Source of the DNA: a virus
DNA length: 64,000 nucleotides
Direction: 5' to 3' (one strand)
IMG/VR virus record: IMGVR_UViG_3300045988_106581
Shown here: piece after piece, positions 38,681-48,361 of the stretch
Layout: each line of letters starts with the position of its first letter
How positions within the stretch are numbered: the first letter of the stretch is position 1
Made by a program: the position numbers and the translations under genes
The notes under the pieces: generated by a model
Databases searched by the model: none
Told to the model about the DNA's origin: nothing
The model's input: only the letters and a program-made list of their open reading frames with translations

Positions 38681-39978
38681 AAAACAATTCTATGACTGTA
38701 ATAACCTCTAAGCAATTCGGTGCACTGAATGTGGATGTGTACCAGAATGATAAACATCAGTATTATATGACCCGTGAACAGATTGGGCGAGCACTGGAAT
38801 GTAAAGAACCTCGAAAGTACATTGCGAAGATCCATGAGCGTAATGCAGACCGTCTGGACTCCTTATCAACTGTCGTCAAATTGACGACAGTTGAAGGTGG
38901 AATCACGAAAGAGCGTGAAATTATTTGTTACAGTTTGCGTGGCGTGATGGAAATTTGCCGTCTGTCTCGTCAGCCGAAGGCAGATGCGTTTATGGATTTC
39001 TGTTGGGACATTATGGAATCTTTGATGCGTGGTGATTCCGTTCTGGCTACTCCTAAGATGGATGCTGCGTTGAGCAAGGAGTTCATTGATGCAAGACTTC
39101 ATGCTTTGTTTGATAGTGTGAAGAATCTTCAGAACGAACTTGATTCTACTCGTAAGGATCTTAGTGACCGGATTGAGGAAGCGCGTGCTACCAGCAACGA
39201 AGCACTGAATGTGATTAGCAGCGTATCTCAGTGTGTTCATCAGATTAAGGACAAGCAGATGGATAACGCGATTCGCGCTAAGAACTATACTCCTCGCAAT
39301 GTTTTTCAAGACGAAATGAGTGAATGGCGTAAAGATTTGTATAGCAAGATTGGTGTGATTGCAAATACCAAAGGTTACACGAATAAAGAGACGATTCACA
39401 AGATCTATGAATATCTGAATCGTAATTATGGTTTCGTTTTGGAAGATGCTCGTGCAAAGTATATTAAGAGAACGAATCGTAGTGGGAAAATCTCTACGAT
39501 TGATATTATCGAAGAGGACTCCACTTGGAAATCCATTATGGGTGCTGTTGTTGCAGATATGTACGCAGCATCTATTGAACGTCTACACCAGAATCAGAAT
39601 GAACTTCGTCCGGTTTTGAAGACCATTGAAGCAGTTCCTGAAGTAAATGTAAGTGATGCGCCTATTGTCAATGTAGTAGTTAAAGAAGTTGTAGAGGAAA
39701 AGCCCAAGAAGCAGAGCGAAACGGCAACTTACTTGATTCCGATCATCGAACCGTTGGCACAAAAGATTGGCGATAAAACCATTCATTATCACAAGACTTA
39801 TCGCATGGTTTACAACAAAATTGGATTCACTAAGATGGAAAACATGATGAAACAGTATAAGCGTGTTCATGGTCGGATTCCGAGTCCTAAGACAAAAGTG
39901 TTCCTTGAGAATGACAAAGCTATGCGAATGTTCAAGAAAGCGGTTAAAGAGCTGATGAAGGAGCAGGAGAGTAAATAA
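38677..39978 (+). CDS. Bro-N / antirepressor-like DNA-binding protein (433 aa)
   Basis: The N-terminus FGALNVDVYQNDKHQYYMTREQIGRALE...IAKIHERN resembles a Bro-N (phage antirepressor) domain. Confidence 0.55.
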   Translation: MKNNSMTVITSKQFGALNVDVYQNDKHQYYMTREQIGRALECKEPRKYIAKIHERNADRLDSLSTVVKLTTVEGGITKEREIICYSLRGVMEICRLSRQPKADAFMDFCWDIMESLMRGDSVLATPKMDAALSKEFIDARLHALFDSVKNLQNELDSTRKDLSDRIEEARATSNEALNVISSVSQCVHQIKDKQMDNAIRAKNYTPRNVFQDEMSEWRKDLYSKIGVIANTKGYTNKETIHKIYEYLNRNYGFVLEDARAKYIKRTNRSGKISTIDIIEEDSTWKSIMGAVVADMYAASIERLHQNQNELRPVLKTIEAVPEVNVSDAPIVNVVVKEVVEEKPKKQSETATYLIPIIEPLAQKIGDKTIHYHKTYRMVYNKIGFTKMENMMKQYKRVHGRIPSPKTKVFLENDKAMRMFKKAVKELMKEQESK

Positions 39979-40598
39979 TGTATGTAATATCGAATGGTCA
40001 TAACTATATTATGAAACGGAAAGGAGGTCGAATCTGCGCTACCTGTGATGTTAATTTGGCATTGCAGTTTGAATCTAAAGGACTAGCGATTTGTGAAATC
40101 AACAAGCTTCCCGCCGGGTATAAGAACGGGCACTACGCACCAAAGTTTATGGATGAAGCTACCATCGTAGGCAAGAGTCCGAATATAACGGTTCCGGCTG
40201 TAAAACAAAATACATACGCGTTTCATATGGAAGATTCTGAATGGCTGGCGGAACTTAAAAAGAATCTGGTTATCACAGATAAAACCATGTGTAATCTAAA
40301 AGAGCTGTATTCAAAAGTGTACGGTGATTTGACTGCTGCAAGTGATGAAATTGATGATCTTGAGCACGCTATTGAGTTTAAAACTGTAAACGCAGCGCAA
40401 GGCTATCAGCTTATGGCAGAACTTAAAAAGGCTCGCCGGAAGCGTAGAGAAGCTAAGGACGCAAAGCTTTTGCTTGAAATTGTTATGAATACAGAAACCA
40501 GAGAATGGGGAGATGGTAAGCTGGAAACTGCTATTGAGCAGCTTGGCACTCGTCAGTTTACTCCGAAAGTTCGTGACGATCTGTTTGAAAAGAATTGA
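39978..40598 (+). CDS. hypothetical protein (206 aa)
   Basis: ORF track. Confidence 0.5.
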   Translation: MYVISNGHNYIMKRKGGRICATCDVNLALQFESKGLAICEINKLPAGYKNGHYAPKFMDEATIVGKSPNITVPAVKQNTYAFHMEDSEWLAELKKNLVITDKTMCNLKELYSKVYGDLTAASDEIDDLEHAIEFKTVNAAQGYQLMAELKKARRKRREAKDAKLLLEIVMNTETREWGDGKLETAIEQLGTRQFTPKVRDDLFEKN

Positions 40599-40609
40599 GG
40601 TACATAAAA

Positions 40610-40864
40610 ATGACGATTCATATTTTACACGAATGTATTGATTCTAGCGATTTTTACGCAGAAGGTAATATTATTACCATTAACAAAGATAAAGAGAAGT
40701 TGTCCGAAAAGATGTTCTTGCTTTATAAGGATTGCCGGGATTCGGAAGGAAATAGTGTGAACCAGGACGAAACGTGGTGTGATTCATGTGAGGCGTCCGT
40801 TATTAGTGAGAGCTCTGGAAATTACTATCGACATCATTGGAAAATTGACAAGTTTGAGGTGTAA
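40610..40864 (+). CDS. hypothetical protein (84 aa)
   Basis: GAGGT SD before the ATG at 40610. Confidence 0.45.
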   Translation: MTIHILHECIDSSDFYAEGNIITINKDKEKLSEKMFLLYKDCRDSEGNSVNQDETWCDSCEASVISESSGNYYRHHWKIDKFEV

Positions 40865-40867
40865 ATT

Positions 40868-41092
40868 ATGATGGTATATGGAAACATAACCTGTAATCGC
40901 TGTGGCATTACATGGTATGGCCCTAAATGTGGAAAGCTCTATTGTGATGAATGTCGTAAGATAATAAGAAATGAGGCATCCATTCGATGCAAGAATAAAA
41001 AGAAACATAAACCAACATTTGTTGAGATTGTGAGAATGGCAGATGCTGAAGGATTATCTTACGGTAAGTATTGCTTAAAGTATGGAATTTGA
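40868..41092 (+). CDS. hypothetical zinc-ribbon protein (74 aa)
   Basis: CNRCG...CDEC. Confidence 0.45.
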   Translation: MMVYGNITCNRCGITWYGPKCGKLYCDECRKIIRNEASIRCKNKKKHKPTFVEIVRMADAEGLSYGKYCLKYGI

Positions 41093-41102
41093 GGTGAATG
41101 TG

Positions 41103-41957
41103 ATGAGTGCGCTTAAAAACGAAAAGAAAATCGAAAATACTGTTGCTCTTGATTTTTCTGACTATGATTCTTTTAACAAAGAAAAACGTCAAAAGGTAGT
41201 AAAAAAGAATTATAGCCTGACTCGTATGGAAGCAAATCATGGGTCAGTTCAGCCAATTAAAGACAAAGAGGATATCAAACGTATTTCAGAATATTTCTGG
41301 ATTAAACGTCAGTACCGCAACTGGTGCTTGTTTAATGTAGGATGTTGCACAGGATTCAGAGCAAGTGATTTGCTTCGTTTGAAGGTTTCTGATGTAGCAG
41401 CTACAGATATGAATGGAAAGGTTGTGGTGAATTTCAACGCAAAACTTCGTGTTAAAGAAAAGAAAACAAATAAGTATCGTATTCTTAAAGTTCCGGTCCC
41501 GGCACTAAAGTGTATTCAAACTTATATCAATATTGATGGATTGTCTTATGACGATTGGCTCTTCCCATCTCGGCAAGGCAGTTGGAAGAACTCCATGAGA
41601 ACAAACGGTGGAACGAGCGTAAGCAAGTCTGATGTGTTCCGTATGTACGATGCAAATCCAAAAGAGACGGGAGATCCGCTTGATGTGGATTCTTTTGGTA
41701 GGATTATGCGTCAAGTCGGTAAGGAATTAAATCTTCCTGTCCAGCTTGGTTCTCATAGTTGTCGTAAAACCTTCGGATATCAGTTTATTGCGTCTCATCC
41801 AAATGATGTAAAAGCCTTAGCCTGGTTACAGCATAGTTTTAATCATAGTAGTCAGGCAATCACGCTTCGCTACATTGGCCTAGATGAAGAAGTAGATGAC
41901 GAATACTACTCTGGAATTGATTATGGCGTGGACACTCATAGTGAAAATGAGGAGTGA
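41103..41957 (+). CDS. tyrosine site-specific recombinase
   Basis: GFRASDLLRLKVSDV (Arg I), HSCRKTFGY (H-x-x-R) and HSSQAITLRYI (His, Tyr), in canonical order. Confidence 0.7.
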   Translation: MSALKNEKKIENTVALDFSDYDSFNKEKRQKVVKKNYSLTRMEANHGSVQPIKDKEDIKRISEYFWIKRQYRNWCLFNVGCCTGFRASDLLRLKVSDVAATDMNGKVVVNFNAKLRVKEKKTNKYRILKVPVPALKCIQTYINIDGLSYDDWLFPSRQGSWKNSMRTNGGTSVSKSDVFRMYDANPKETGDPLDVDSFGRIMRQVGKELNLPVQLGSHSCRKTFGYQFIASHPNDVKALAWLQHSFNHSSQAITLRYIGLDEEVDDEYYSGIDYGVDTHSENEE

Positions 41958-41963
41958 TTAAAA

Positions 41964-42170
41964 ATGATTATTGGCGATGAGTCCAATGACATAGAAGAGT
42001 TTAAGGAAGGAGACTGTGTAATCTTGAATCATTTACTTGAAGGAACTGTTGAATACATATCAAAGATGGGCTTCGCAGAGGTCTTTTTCAAGACGGATTG
42101 TGGTGGCGGCTACATTCCTGTTAGCTTGAAAGAATTGGAGAAAATGATTGATGGCAAAGATGTACATTAA
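41964..42170 (+). CDS. hypothetical protein (68 aa)
   Basis: ORF track. Confidence 0.45.
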   Translation: MIIGDESNDIEEFKEGDCVILNHLLEGTVEYISKMGFAEVFFKTDCGGGYIPVSLKELEKMIDGKDVH

Positions 42171-42843
42171 ACTCTGGGATAGCTACGAAAGTTATTTTGA
42201 ACCGCTCAGTGACGCTGAAGTGGGGCGACTGGTGCGAGCGATGATGAAATATAAGTCGCTCGGAGTAGAGCCAGAATTCAACGGGAATGAACGGTTCACT
42301 TGGCCTGCTATCAAAAGAGAGCTTGATGAAGATGCCGCTTATACAAAAAAGAAATCTGATATTGGAAAACTTGGCGGTGCTCCGTTAGAAAATAACAATG
42401 CAGAAAAGAAAACAAGCAAAAACAACCAAAAACAAGCTGGACATAGGACTAAGGACAAAGGACTTAGGAAAAGGTCGTCTTCGTCTTGTGATGAGACGAC
42501 AACGACGAAACCTATCGAGGATGTTTTCCGAGAGAATATCGGGAAGCTTGGTGCTACTGGTCAAAAGGCTTTAGCCGAATATATTGAACGCATGGGCGAT
42601 GAACTTGTACTGGCTGTGATTGGAAAGTGTTCTGATCTTGGTGGAAGCACATGGGCTTATGTGCGAAAAGCCCTGGATGAAGCTGAATCTCTTGGTTGCA
42701 AGACTGTTGATGATTACCGCCGGGTGTGCCCGATAGGCTCTGGTCGTAATCTAAGAGTGGATAGACAAACGCCTAGTGGAAATGACTGGCTCAAGAATGC
42801 AGCTTTAAATCGTAGTTTGGGCAGATTGAAGAAAGACGCATAA
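42151..42843 (+). CDS. DnaD-like replication/organizer protein (start uncertain)
   Basis: The C-terminus ...LAVIGKCSDLGGSTWAYVRKALDEAESLG resembles a DnaD/DnaB_2 domain. There is a basic low-complexity linker. Confidence 0.45.
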   Translation: MAKMYIKLWDSYESYFEPLSDAEVGRLVRAMMKYKSLGVEPEFNGNERFTWPAIKRELDEDAAYTKKKSDIGKLGGAPLENNNAEKKTSKNNQKQAGHRTKDKGLRKRSSSSCDETTTTKPIEDVFRENIGKLGATGQKALAEYIERMGDELVLAVIGKCSDLGGSTWAYVRKALDEAESLGCKTVDDYRRVCPIGSGRNLRVDRQTPSGNDWLKNAALNRSLGRLKKDA

Positions 42844-42867
42844 AAGAGTGATTTTAGGAGCGTGATT

Positions 42868-43056
42868 ATGATGAATGAAGATATCGTTTTGCGAGGCGAT
42901 GAAGTAAAGCAATTTGTGTATAATCTGCATCATCCTAATGTTACTAAAATAGTGGAAGAGAATAGACGACGGGATAAGGCACTTGACGAAGTGAACTATC
43001 AAAAAACAGAGGATGGTTTTACGTTTGATATTGATCAAAGTAAATTGGAGGTTTGA
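42868..43056 (+). CDS. hypothetical protein (62 aa)
   Basis: AGGAG lies 7 nt upstream. Confidence 0.45.
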   Translation: MMNEDIVLRGDEVKQFVYNLHHPNVTKIVEENRRRDKALDEVNYQKTEDGFTFDIDQSKLEV

Positions 43057-43059
43057 ATT

Positions 43060-43461
43060 ATGGGACTGTTACTTGGTTTGGGTTTGCTTGGCGCAGCGTT
43101 TGGTATTGACGCAGTAAAGCAAGCACCGTTCGATAGAGCGTATCGCCGTCTGGAAAATGAATGGGGAACCTGTACATCGGAAGAGAGTAGGCGGTGTGAT
43201 GCTCTGAAGTATGCCGTACAGAATGGTTTGTGCTTTGAGGGCGAGAAGAAACCTGTGATTGAGTGGCAGAAGCTGAGAGATCTTCAGTGGAAGTATCAGT
43301 TAGCTGGCATCTCTTGGCCGAGAGAATCCGCGATTCGAGATGTGTGCCGTCTGGCGGCTCGTGACCGTGGATTTGAGTACAAAGGATATCTGCGAAACAC
43401 ATTGACGTTTGGTTATATCACTGATCCGAAAAACATTTGCAAGCTTGGTATTGCAGATTGA
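43060..43461 (+). CDS. hypothetical protein with an N-terminal TM/signal segment (133 aa)
   Basis: ORF track. Begins MGLLLGLGLLGAAFG. Confidence 0.5.
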   Translation: MGLLLGLGLLGAAFGIDAVKQAPFDRAYRRLENEWGTCTSEESRRCDALKYAVQNGLCFEGEKKPVIEWQKLRDLQWKYQLAGISWPRESAIRDVCRLAARDRGFEYKGYLRNTLTFGYITDPKNICKLGIAD

Positions 43462-43475
43462 GAGGAAATTTGAAA

Positions 43476-43781
43476 ATGAATAACACTCGTAGAAAAGCTA
43501 TTAAGCAGATCATTGACCATTTTGATTCCATCCGTAAGAAGCTGGATGAGCTTGTATCTGAGGTCGAAAGTGTAAAATCCGATGTTGAGGACATCCAGTG
43601 GGAAGAAGAAGAGTATCGTGATAATATGCCTGAAAATCTGCAGGGGAGTGAACGGTATGATAAAGCAGATGATGCTTGCACGAATTTGTCTGATACTGTG
43701 GATGCTCTGGAGGATATGATTGGTGCTCTGGATTTTGACTTTGGTGATGTGACCACATCTTTGGAGGAAGCGATGGAATGA
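43476..43781 (+). CDS. hypothetical acidic coiled-coil protein (101 aa)
   Basis: AGAGGAAA SD before the ATG within ORF 43437..43781. Confidence 0.45.
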   Translation: MNNTRRKAIKQIIDHFDSIRKKLDELVSEVESVKSDVEDIQWEEEEYRDNMPENLQGSERYDKADDACTNLSDTVDALEDMIGALDFDFGDVTTSLEEAME

Positions 43782-43966
43782 TTAACACAACAAATCCATT
43801 GAGGAGAAACGCATGGGCTGTGTTTTTGTACAAAGGCAGACAAGTTTATTCATATCTTTTGCGTAATAGCAATCTTGGGGACAAGGAACGTATGGTAGAA
43901 CTGTTGGCACGAAGGTACATGACAGAGCCTGAGAATATTGTTGTAGATATTGAATTTAGAGATTGA
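43778..43966 (+). CDS. hypothetical protein (62 aa)
   Basis: ORF track. Confidence 0.45.
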   Translation: MINTTNPLRRNAWAVFLYKGRQVYSYLLRNSNLGDKERMVELLARRYMTEPENIVVDIEFRD

Positions 43967-44060
43967 GGTGATAGAGAATGACCGCATTTGTAATGTTTTC
44001 TTTCAATGTGGCGCTGATAATAGCAGTGAATAATAGTCCGTTTGCATTTTAAGTGGAGAC

Positions 44061-44294
44061 ATGAATATGAAAGAACTGGAAGAAATTTACAATCGATTAT
44101 ATGATGAATACATTGACGCTAGACGAGAGCATTTTGAGTCTGCTCTCGATATGAAAAAGAATGGTGGCAGAATATATCTACATGGTAAAGTGCATGGGTT
44201 AGAAATTGCTATTAACATCGTCGATGAAGTGCTCAATAGGGAAAAGGCAGAATATATCAAGGAAGCTTTTGACGTAGACCCATATAAAACCTAA
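44061..44294 (+). CDS. hypothetical protein (77 aa)
   Basis: ORF track. Confidence 0.45.
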   Translation: MNMKELEEIYNRLYDEYIDARREHFESALDMKKNGGRIYLHGKVHGLEIAINIVDEVLNREKAEYIKEAFDVDPYKT

Positions 44295-44315
44295 ATTCTG
44301 TGGAGGGAAAACTAA

Positions 44316-44831
44316 ATGATTATTACTATGTATCGAAGAAAATGGAAATTCTCGGTGATGAGCGCAGAAGACGCAGAAGACTTTATCCGACAGCCACATT
44401 TTGAACGGATTCGGTTTATCTCAATCACTGAAGCTAATGGCCATCATATTGATTTTCATAAGTGTAATGGTAATATCACATTCCTGCCACTGAAGTTTGA
44501 TGATTGCACTACTGATTTAGAAGGCACCTGCATCACAGATATTCAGGCTAAGAATATTGTAAAATTTGTTCTGGATGATCATGAAGCAGATAAGACGGAT
44601 TGGTTCTGCGTGAATTGTGGTGCTGGTGTGTCGAGATCTGCAGCTGTATGTGCAGCTATTATGAGAATTCTGTGCAATGATGATATGCCGGTGTTCACAA
44701 ATAGCTACTTCTGCCCAAACATGACGGTTTACAGAGAGGTGTTAAATGCCTGGATTGATCGTTTGGCCGATGAAAACGAAAGTGTTTCGACTGAGATATG
44801 GAATACAGTGAATGCAATGAACAAAGATTGA
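44316..44831 (+). CDS. dual-specificity / Cys-based phosphatase-like protein
   Basis: The CX5R(S/T) signature NCGAGVSRS sits in an appropriate C-terminal position. TGGAGGGAAA SD. Confidence 0.55.
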   Translation: MIITMYRRKWKFSVMSAEDAEDFIRQPHFERIRFISITEANGHHIDFHKCNGNITFLPLKFDDCTTDLEGTCITDIQAKNIVKFVLDDHEADKTDWFCVNCGAGVSRSAAVCAAIMRILCNDDMPVFTNSYFCPNMTVYREVLNAWIDRLADENESVSTEIWNTVNAMNKD

Positions 44832-45148
44832 TAGAAACCAGGTTCTTGTGGACACTTAACAAAAGGATGTGTAGACCGATGATATAACTATTGATGACGT
44901 AGGATTATTAGTAAAATTTTGGTAATTTTGATAATTGTGTTGAATAATGTCTTTATGTGGTGTATGCTTGAGACAACCTCAATACAAGATGGTCAAGCCA
45001 AAAGAATGTGAGGTTAATATAATGTGGATTATGATAATTTTGTTTATGGTATTGAATGCCGTGTGCGTACTTGGTCTGTTGGAAGCACTTTCCGATGCTG
45101 ATGATCAGAGTGAGCGGCTGGCGATGGAACAGGGGAAGGAGGGTCGAA

Positions 45149-45379
45149 ATGGATAATTTGAAACCGTGCCCGTTTTGCGGTGGAGAAGTTGCCATTGCCG
45201 AAACAGGGACTGACGTAAAGAAGTGGATGTTTATTTCGAGAGCGCATGGAGAAAACAAATGCTCTTGTCGTATTTTCATGGAAAGCGGAGAGTATTGGTT
45301 TGATTGCTCCGAAAAGGATAAAGAAAGAATTAAAGCCGACCTTATCGAAGCATGGAACAAACGAATTTATAAAAGCTGA
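45149..45379 (+). CDS. Lar-like restriction alleviation protein
   Basis: The MDNLKPCPFCGGEVAI N-terminus is typical of the Lar family, as recalled from memory. Confidence 0.5.
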   Translation: MDNLKPCPFCGGEVAIAETGTDVKKWMFISRAHGENKCSCRIFMESGEYWFDCSEKDKERIKADLIEAWNKRIYKS

Positions 45380-45400
45380 GATTTAAGGGGGTGAAATGCT

Positions 45401-45724
45401 GTGGGAAGAATTATTGACGCAGATGCCTTTTATCAACAAGAATGGATTCGTTGCGGGATGTATGAACCAATGATTGGCGTTGATAAAGTGGATTCCAACA
45501 AGGGGACATTATACAGAACCTTGCGAAGCCGATTAAATAAATCCCCAGAGGTGGATGCAATTAGAGTTGTTCGCTGTAAGGATTGTTGTCTTTGGAACAC
45601 ATGGGACAAGCAAGAAGAAATGTGCAGCTGTGCTCACTTCACGTTGGATGATTCCAATGCTGTATATACAAAGCCCGAAGATTTTTGTAGCTATGCTAGT
45701 CGTAGATATTATTGGGAGAAATAG
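45401..45724 (+). CDS. hypothetical Cys-rich protein (107 aa)
   Basis: ORF track. GTG start after GGGGGTGA. Confidence 0.45.
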   Translation: MGRIIDADAFYQQEWIRCGMYEPMIGVDKVDSNKGTLYRTLRSRLNKSPEVDAIRVVRCKDCCLWNTWDKQEEMCSCAHFTLDDSNAVYTKPEDFCSYASRRYYWEK

Positions 45725-45733
45725 GATAAAGCT

Positions 45734-45913
45734 ATGTGGTATGAACACATCAGATGCAAGGAATGCGGTGGAATCATCGGCTCGTTTGATGGAGGAAAAA
45801 CGTACAGATGTGATAGATGCAAGCAGGAGTATCCGATTTATAGCATCAAATATGACTTTGTGTTTTCAAATTCAAAGACAGGGTGGGTATTTCCTGTAAT
45901 TGCAGTCGAATAA
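45734..45913 (+). CDS. hypothetical zinc-ribbon protein (59 aa)
   Basis: CKECGG...CDRC. Below the ORF-track cutoff. Confidence 0.4.
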   Translation: MWYEHIRCKECGGIIGSFDGGKTYRCDRCKQEYPIYSIKYDFVFSNSKTGWVFPVIAVE

Positions 45914-45937
45914 AAACTAATATTTAAGGAGGATTCT

Positions 45938-46690
45938 ATGACAAGGAATGAATTGCTTGGAGCGCTGTGTTTTCCAGAATACAACTTCATTCGAGATAAT
46001 GAACATCTTGGAAAGCATATGATGTTTGTGACGGTCGGTGGTAGTCATGCATACGGAACGAACGTTGAAGGTTCCGATCTTGACATCCGTGGTGTGGCGC
46101 TGAACTCGAAAGAAGACCTTCTTGGTCTCGGTGAGTTTGAGCATTATGTGGACACTCAGACTGATACAACGATTTATAGCTTTAACAAAGCTGTGAAATT
46201 GATGTGCAGTGGAAATCCCAATATGCTGGAACAGTTAGGAAATGCCGATGAACTCGTTATTAGCTATAACCCAATGACGCAGCTACTTATGGACAACAAA
46301 AACCTATTCCTTTCAAAGCGTGTGATTTACTCGTTTGGAGGTTTTGCAGGCAAGCTGATTCAAAAGTCTGATACATTAGACAAAGATCCAATCTACCATA
46401 ATTCAAAGAAAATGCACAAGACGGTAATGAATGCAGTTCGTGTATACCTGATGCTCTTTGACATCTTGGAAAAAGGTGAAATTAAAACCTATCGAGACAA
46501 CGATCATAACTTCCTGACGCAGCTTCGCAACGGTGAATATGATTACAAAGAGATTCGTCAGCAACTGATTCCGGCCTATGAAAGCAGATTGTCAGTTGAC
46601 AAGAGCGAGACTTACCTGCCGGACAATGTTAATTGGAAGCGTGTAAACGAGCTTGTAATGACCGTAAATGAGGAGTCTTTAAAGATTTGA
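45938..46690 (+). CDS. Pol-beta-superfamily nucleotidyltransferase (RlaP/Nuc-transf-like)
   Basis: GGSHAYGTNVEGSDLDIRG, which fits G-S...D-x-D. AAGGAGGA SD. Confidence 0.6.
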   Translation: MTRNELLGALCFPEYNFIRDNEHLGKHMMFVTVGGSHAYGTNVEGSDLDIRGVALNSKEDLLGLGEFEHYVDTQTDTTIYSFNKAVKLMCSGNPNMLEQLGNADELVISYNPMTQLLMDNKNLFLSKRVIYSFGGFAGKLIQKSDTLDKDPIYHNSKKMHKTVMNAVRVYLMLFDILEKGEIKTYRDNDHNFLTQLRNGEYDYKEIRQQLIPAYESRLSVDKSETYLPDNVNWKRVNELVMTVNEESLKI

Positions 46691-46714
46691 TAAAACCAAT
46701 ATTTTTGAAAGGAA

Positions 46715-47341
46715 GTGATTTTTATTAACTCTAATTTGTTAATAAATCGTGAGCAAAGTATTGCTATTGTGTGTATAATGTGTCTGCTGGCAGGGAATCT
46801 GGTATCGAAGATCAGCCCGGTGATTCAGAATCAGAACAATTCATACCTTTATAATAGTAGTCCTCCGGCAGTTAGTATTGTGCAACAAGAGGAAAAAGAG
46901 CCAGAAGTCATTGTAGAGACTGTTATTGAGACGCGGATTGTGAACTTCAGTCAGGAAAAGCGCGAACTCACTGATGATGAGCGTGCTCTTGCGGAGCAGA
47001 TTGTTGCTTGTGAAGCAGGTGCTGATAGCTTAGAGGGTCAGATGGCTGTGGCTCAATGTCTTTATGATTCCGCTGTACTTGACGGTCTAACCATTCAGCA
47101 GGTCTTTAAGAAGTATGGTTATAGTTCCTTATATAATAGGAAGGTGACGGCAGAGAACGAACTGGCTGTGTCTATGGTATTTGATTACGGCGCTAAAATT
47201 TCAAATAAGCCAATTCAGTGGTTTGTGACCCCGGCGGCAGCTCTAGGCAGTTGGCACGAGCGTGGAGCAACCTTTGCTGGACAATTTGGCGCACATAGGT
47301 TTTATTACAACAAAGAGTTGGTTGTTAATGATGCAGAGTGA
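46715..47341 (+). CDS. SleB-like cell wall hydrolase with an N-terminal TM segment
   Basis: LAEQIVACEAGADSLEGQMAVAQCLYDSA resembles the SleB/CwlJ hydrolase_2 domain. Confidence 0.5.
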   Translation: MIFINSNLLINREQSIAIVCIMCLLAGNLVSKISPVIQNQNNSYLYNSSPPAVSIVQQEEKEPEVIVETVIETRIVNFSQEKRELTDDERALAEQIVACEAGADSLEGQMAVAQCLYDSAVLDGLTIQQVFKKYGYSSLYNRKVTAENELAVSMVFDYGAKISNKPIQWFVTPAAALGSWHERGATFAGQFGAHRFYYNKELVVNDAE

Positions 47342-47464
47342 ATGATATCATCTAAAACTTCGATAAATCATACAACAAAAAGATGTGTAACATATTGACG
47401 AAAACAAAAAGATGTGTATAATGTATCTTGAAAGTTGTTTATGTGAGCGGAAGGCGGTATTTCG

Positions 47465-47791
47465 ATGAGTGAGAAAAAGGTTTTGGAAGTTATACAGGTC
47501 GAGAATTTTCTGAAGTACATAAGAAAAAAGCGAGTGTGGGTCTGTTTTATTTGTAATGGTGTGGATGTTCACATGATCTGTAAAAAGATGGGCGACATTG
47601 GCGTAGAGACGCATGGGATTGCAAAAGGTATTGGATTTTTTGGAAATGAAAGTCACATCGAATTGCGGCAAGAATGTCACGAAGTAAGGAGAGTAGAGCT
47701 TAGGCGTGACGATAAAGAGAAAGCGTATGAGATGATCTTCGATAATACCAATGTATTTGTATCGGAAAATCCAGAACTGTACGGGCACTAA
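47465..47791 (+). CDS. hypothetical protein (108 aa)
   Basis: ORF track. Lies directly upstream of the MazF-like gene but does not resemble MazE. Confidence 0.4.
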   Translation: MSEKKVLEVIQVENFLKYIRKKRVWVCFICNGVDVHMICKKMGDIGVETHGIAKGIGFFGNESHIELRQECHEVRRVELRRDDKEKAYEMIFDNTNVFVSENPELYGH

Positions 47792-47810
47792 AAATATTTT
47801 CAGAAACCTC

Positions 47811-47839
47811 TTGACTTCTGCAATGGTATCCTGTATAAT
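47811..47839 (+). promoter_or_regulatory. consensus sigma-A/sigma-70 promoter
   Basis: TTGACT (47811-47816), a 17-nt spacer, then TATAAT (47834-47839). It lies 44 nt before the MazF-like ATG. Confidence 0.65.
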
Positions 47840-47846
47840 GTAGCTA
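47826..47846 (-). promoter_or_regulatory. conserved 21-nt motif, copy 5 (variant, leftward orientation)
   Basis: GTATCCTGTaTAATGTAGCTA. The single G-to-A difference creates the TATAAT of the overlapping plus-strand promoter. Confidence 0.4.
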
Positions 47847-47882
47847 TGGAACGGAGCTACACTACTACAGAGGAGAAAGACT

Positions 47883-48308
47883 ATGGATAACAATATTGAC
47901 CCAAAGGTTGGAGAGGTTTGGTTGGTTGATTTATCCAATGCGACAGGTCATCAGCAGCGCGGCATTCGACCGTTCGTTGTGACAAGTAACAACAAGCGCA
48001 ACTTCTTCAGTCCAACAATCAAAGGAAATCCGTTGTCTTCAAGAATATACAAGCGCTCTCGCTCTCCGGTTCATGTCCTACTCTCAAAGGAGGACTGTGA
48101 TTTCCTAGAGGTTGATAGTATCGTTCTATGTGAAGAGACTGATACACTTAACAAAGGACAGTTCATCAAGAAACTTGGTGTCTTGTCGGAGCGTCAGATG
48201 AATATGATCGCAATGGCAAGATGCAAGGATGAACCGTTTTTGCTCGCAGCATTCCTGAGCGGCGTGCAATATACTATGGAATTTCAGAATTTTGCCGCAT
48301 TTGCTTGA
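47883..48308 (+). CDS. MazF/PemK (EndoA)-family endoribonuclease toxin
   Basis: KVGEVWLVDLSNATGHQQRGIRPFVVTSNNKRNFFSPT...VDSIVLCEETDTLNKGQF aligns along its length with B. subtilis EndoA/MazF as recalled from memory. Confidence 0.8.
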   Translation: MDNNIDPKVGEVWLVDLSNATGHQQRGIRPFVVTSNNKRNFFSPTIKGNPLSSRIYKRSRSPVHVLLSKEDCDFLEVDSIVLCEETDTLNKGQFIKKLGVLSERQMNMIAMARCKDEPFLLAAFLSGVQYTMEFQNFAAFA

Positions 48309-48361
48309 TTTTTTATAAGGTTTAATGGTACACTACATATAATAAGAAGGAGTGTGCCACT

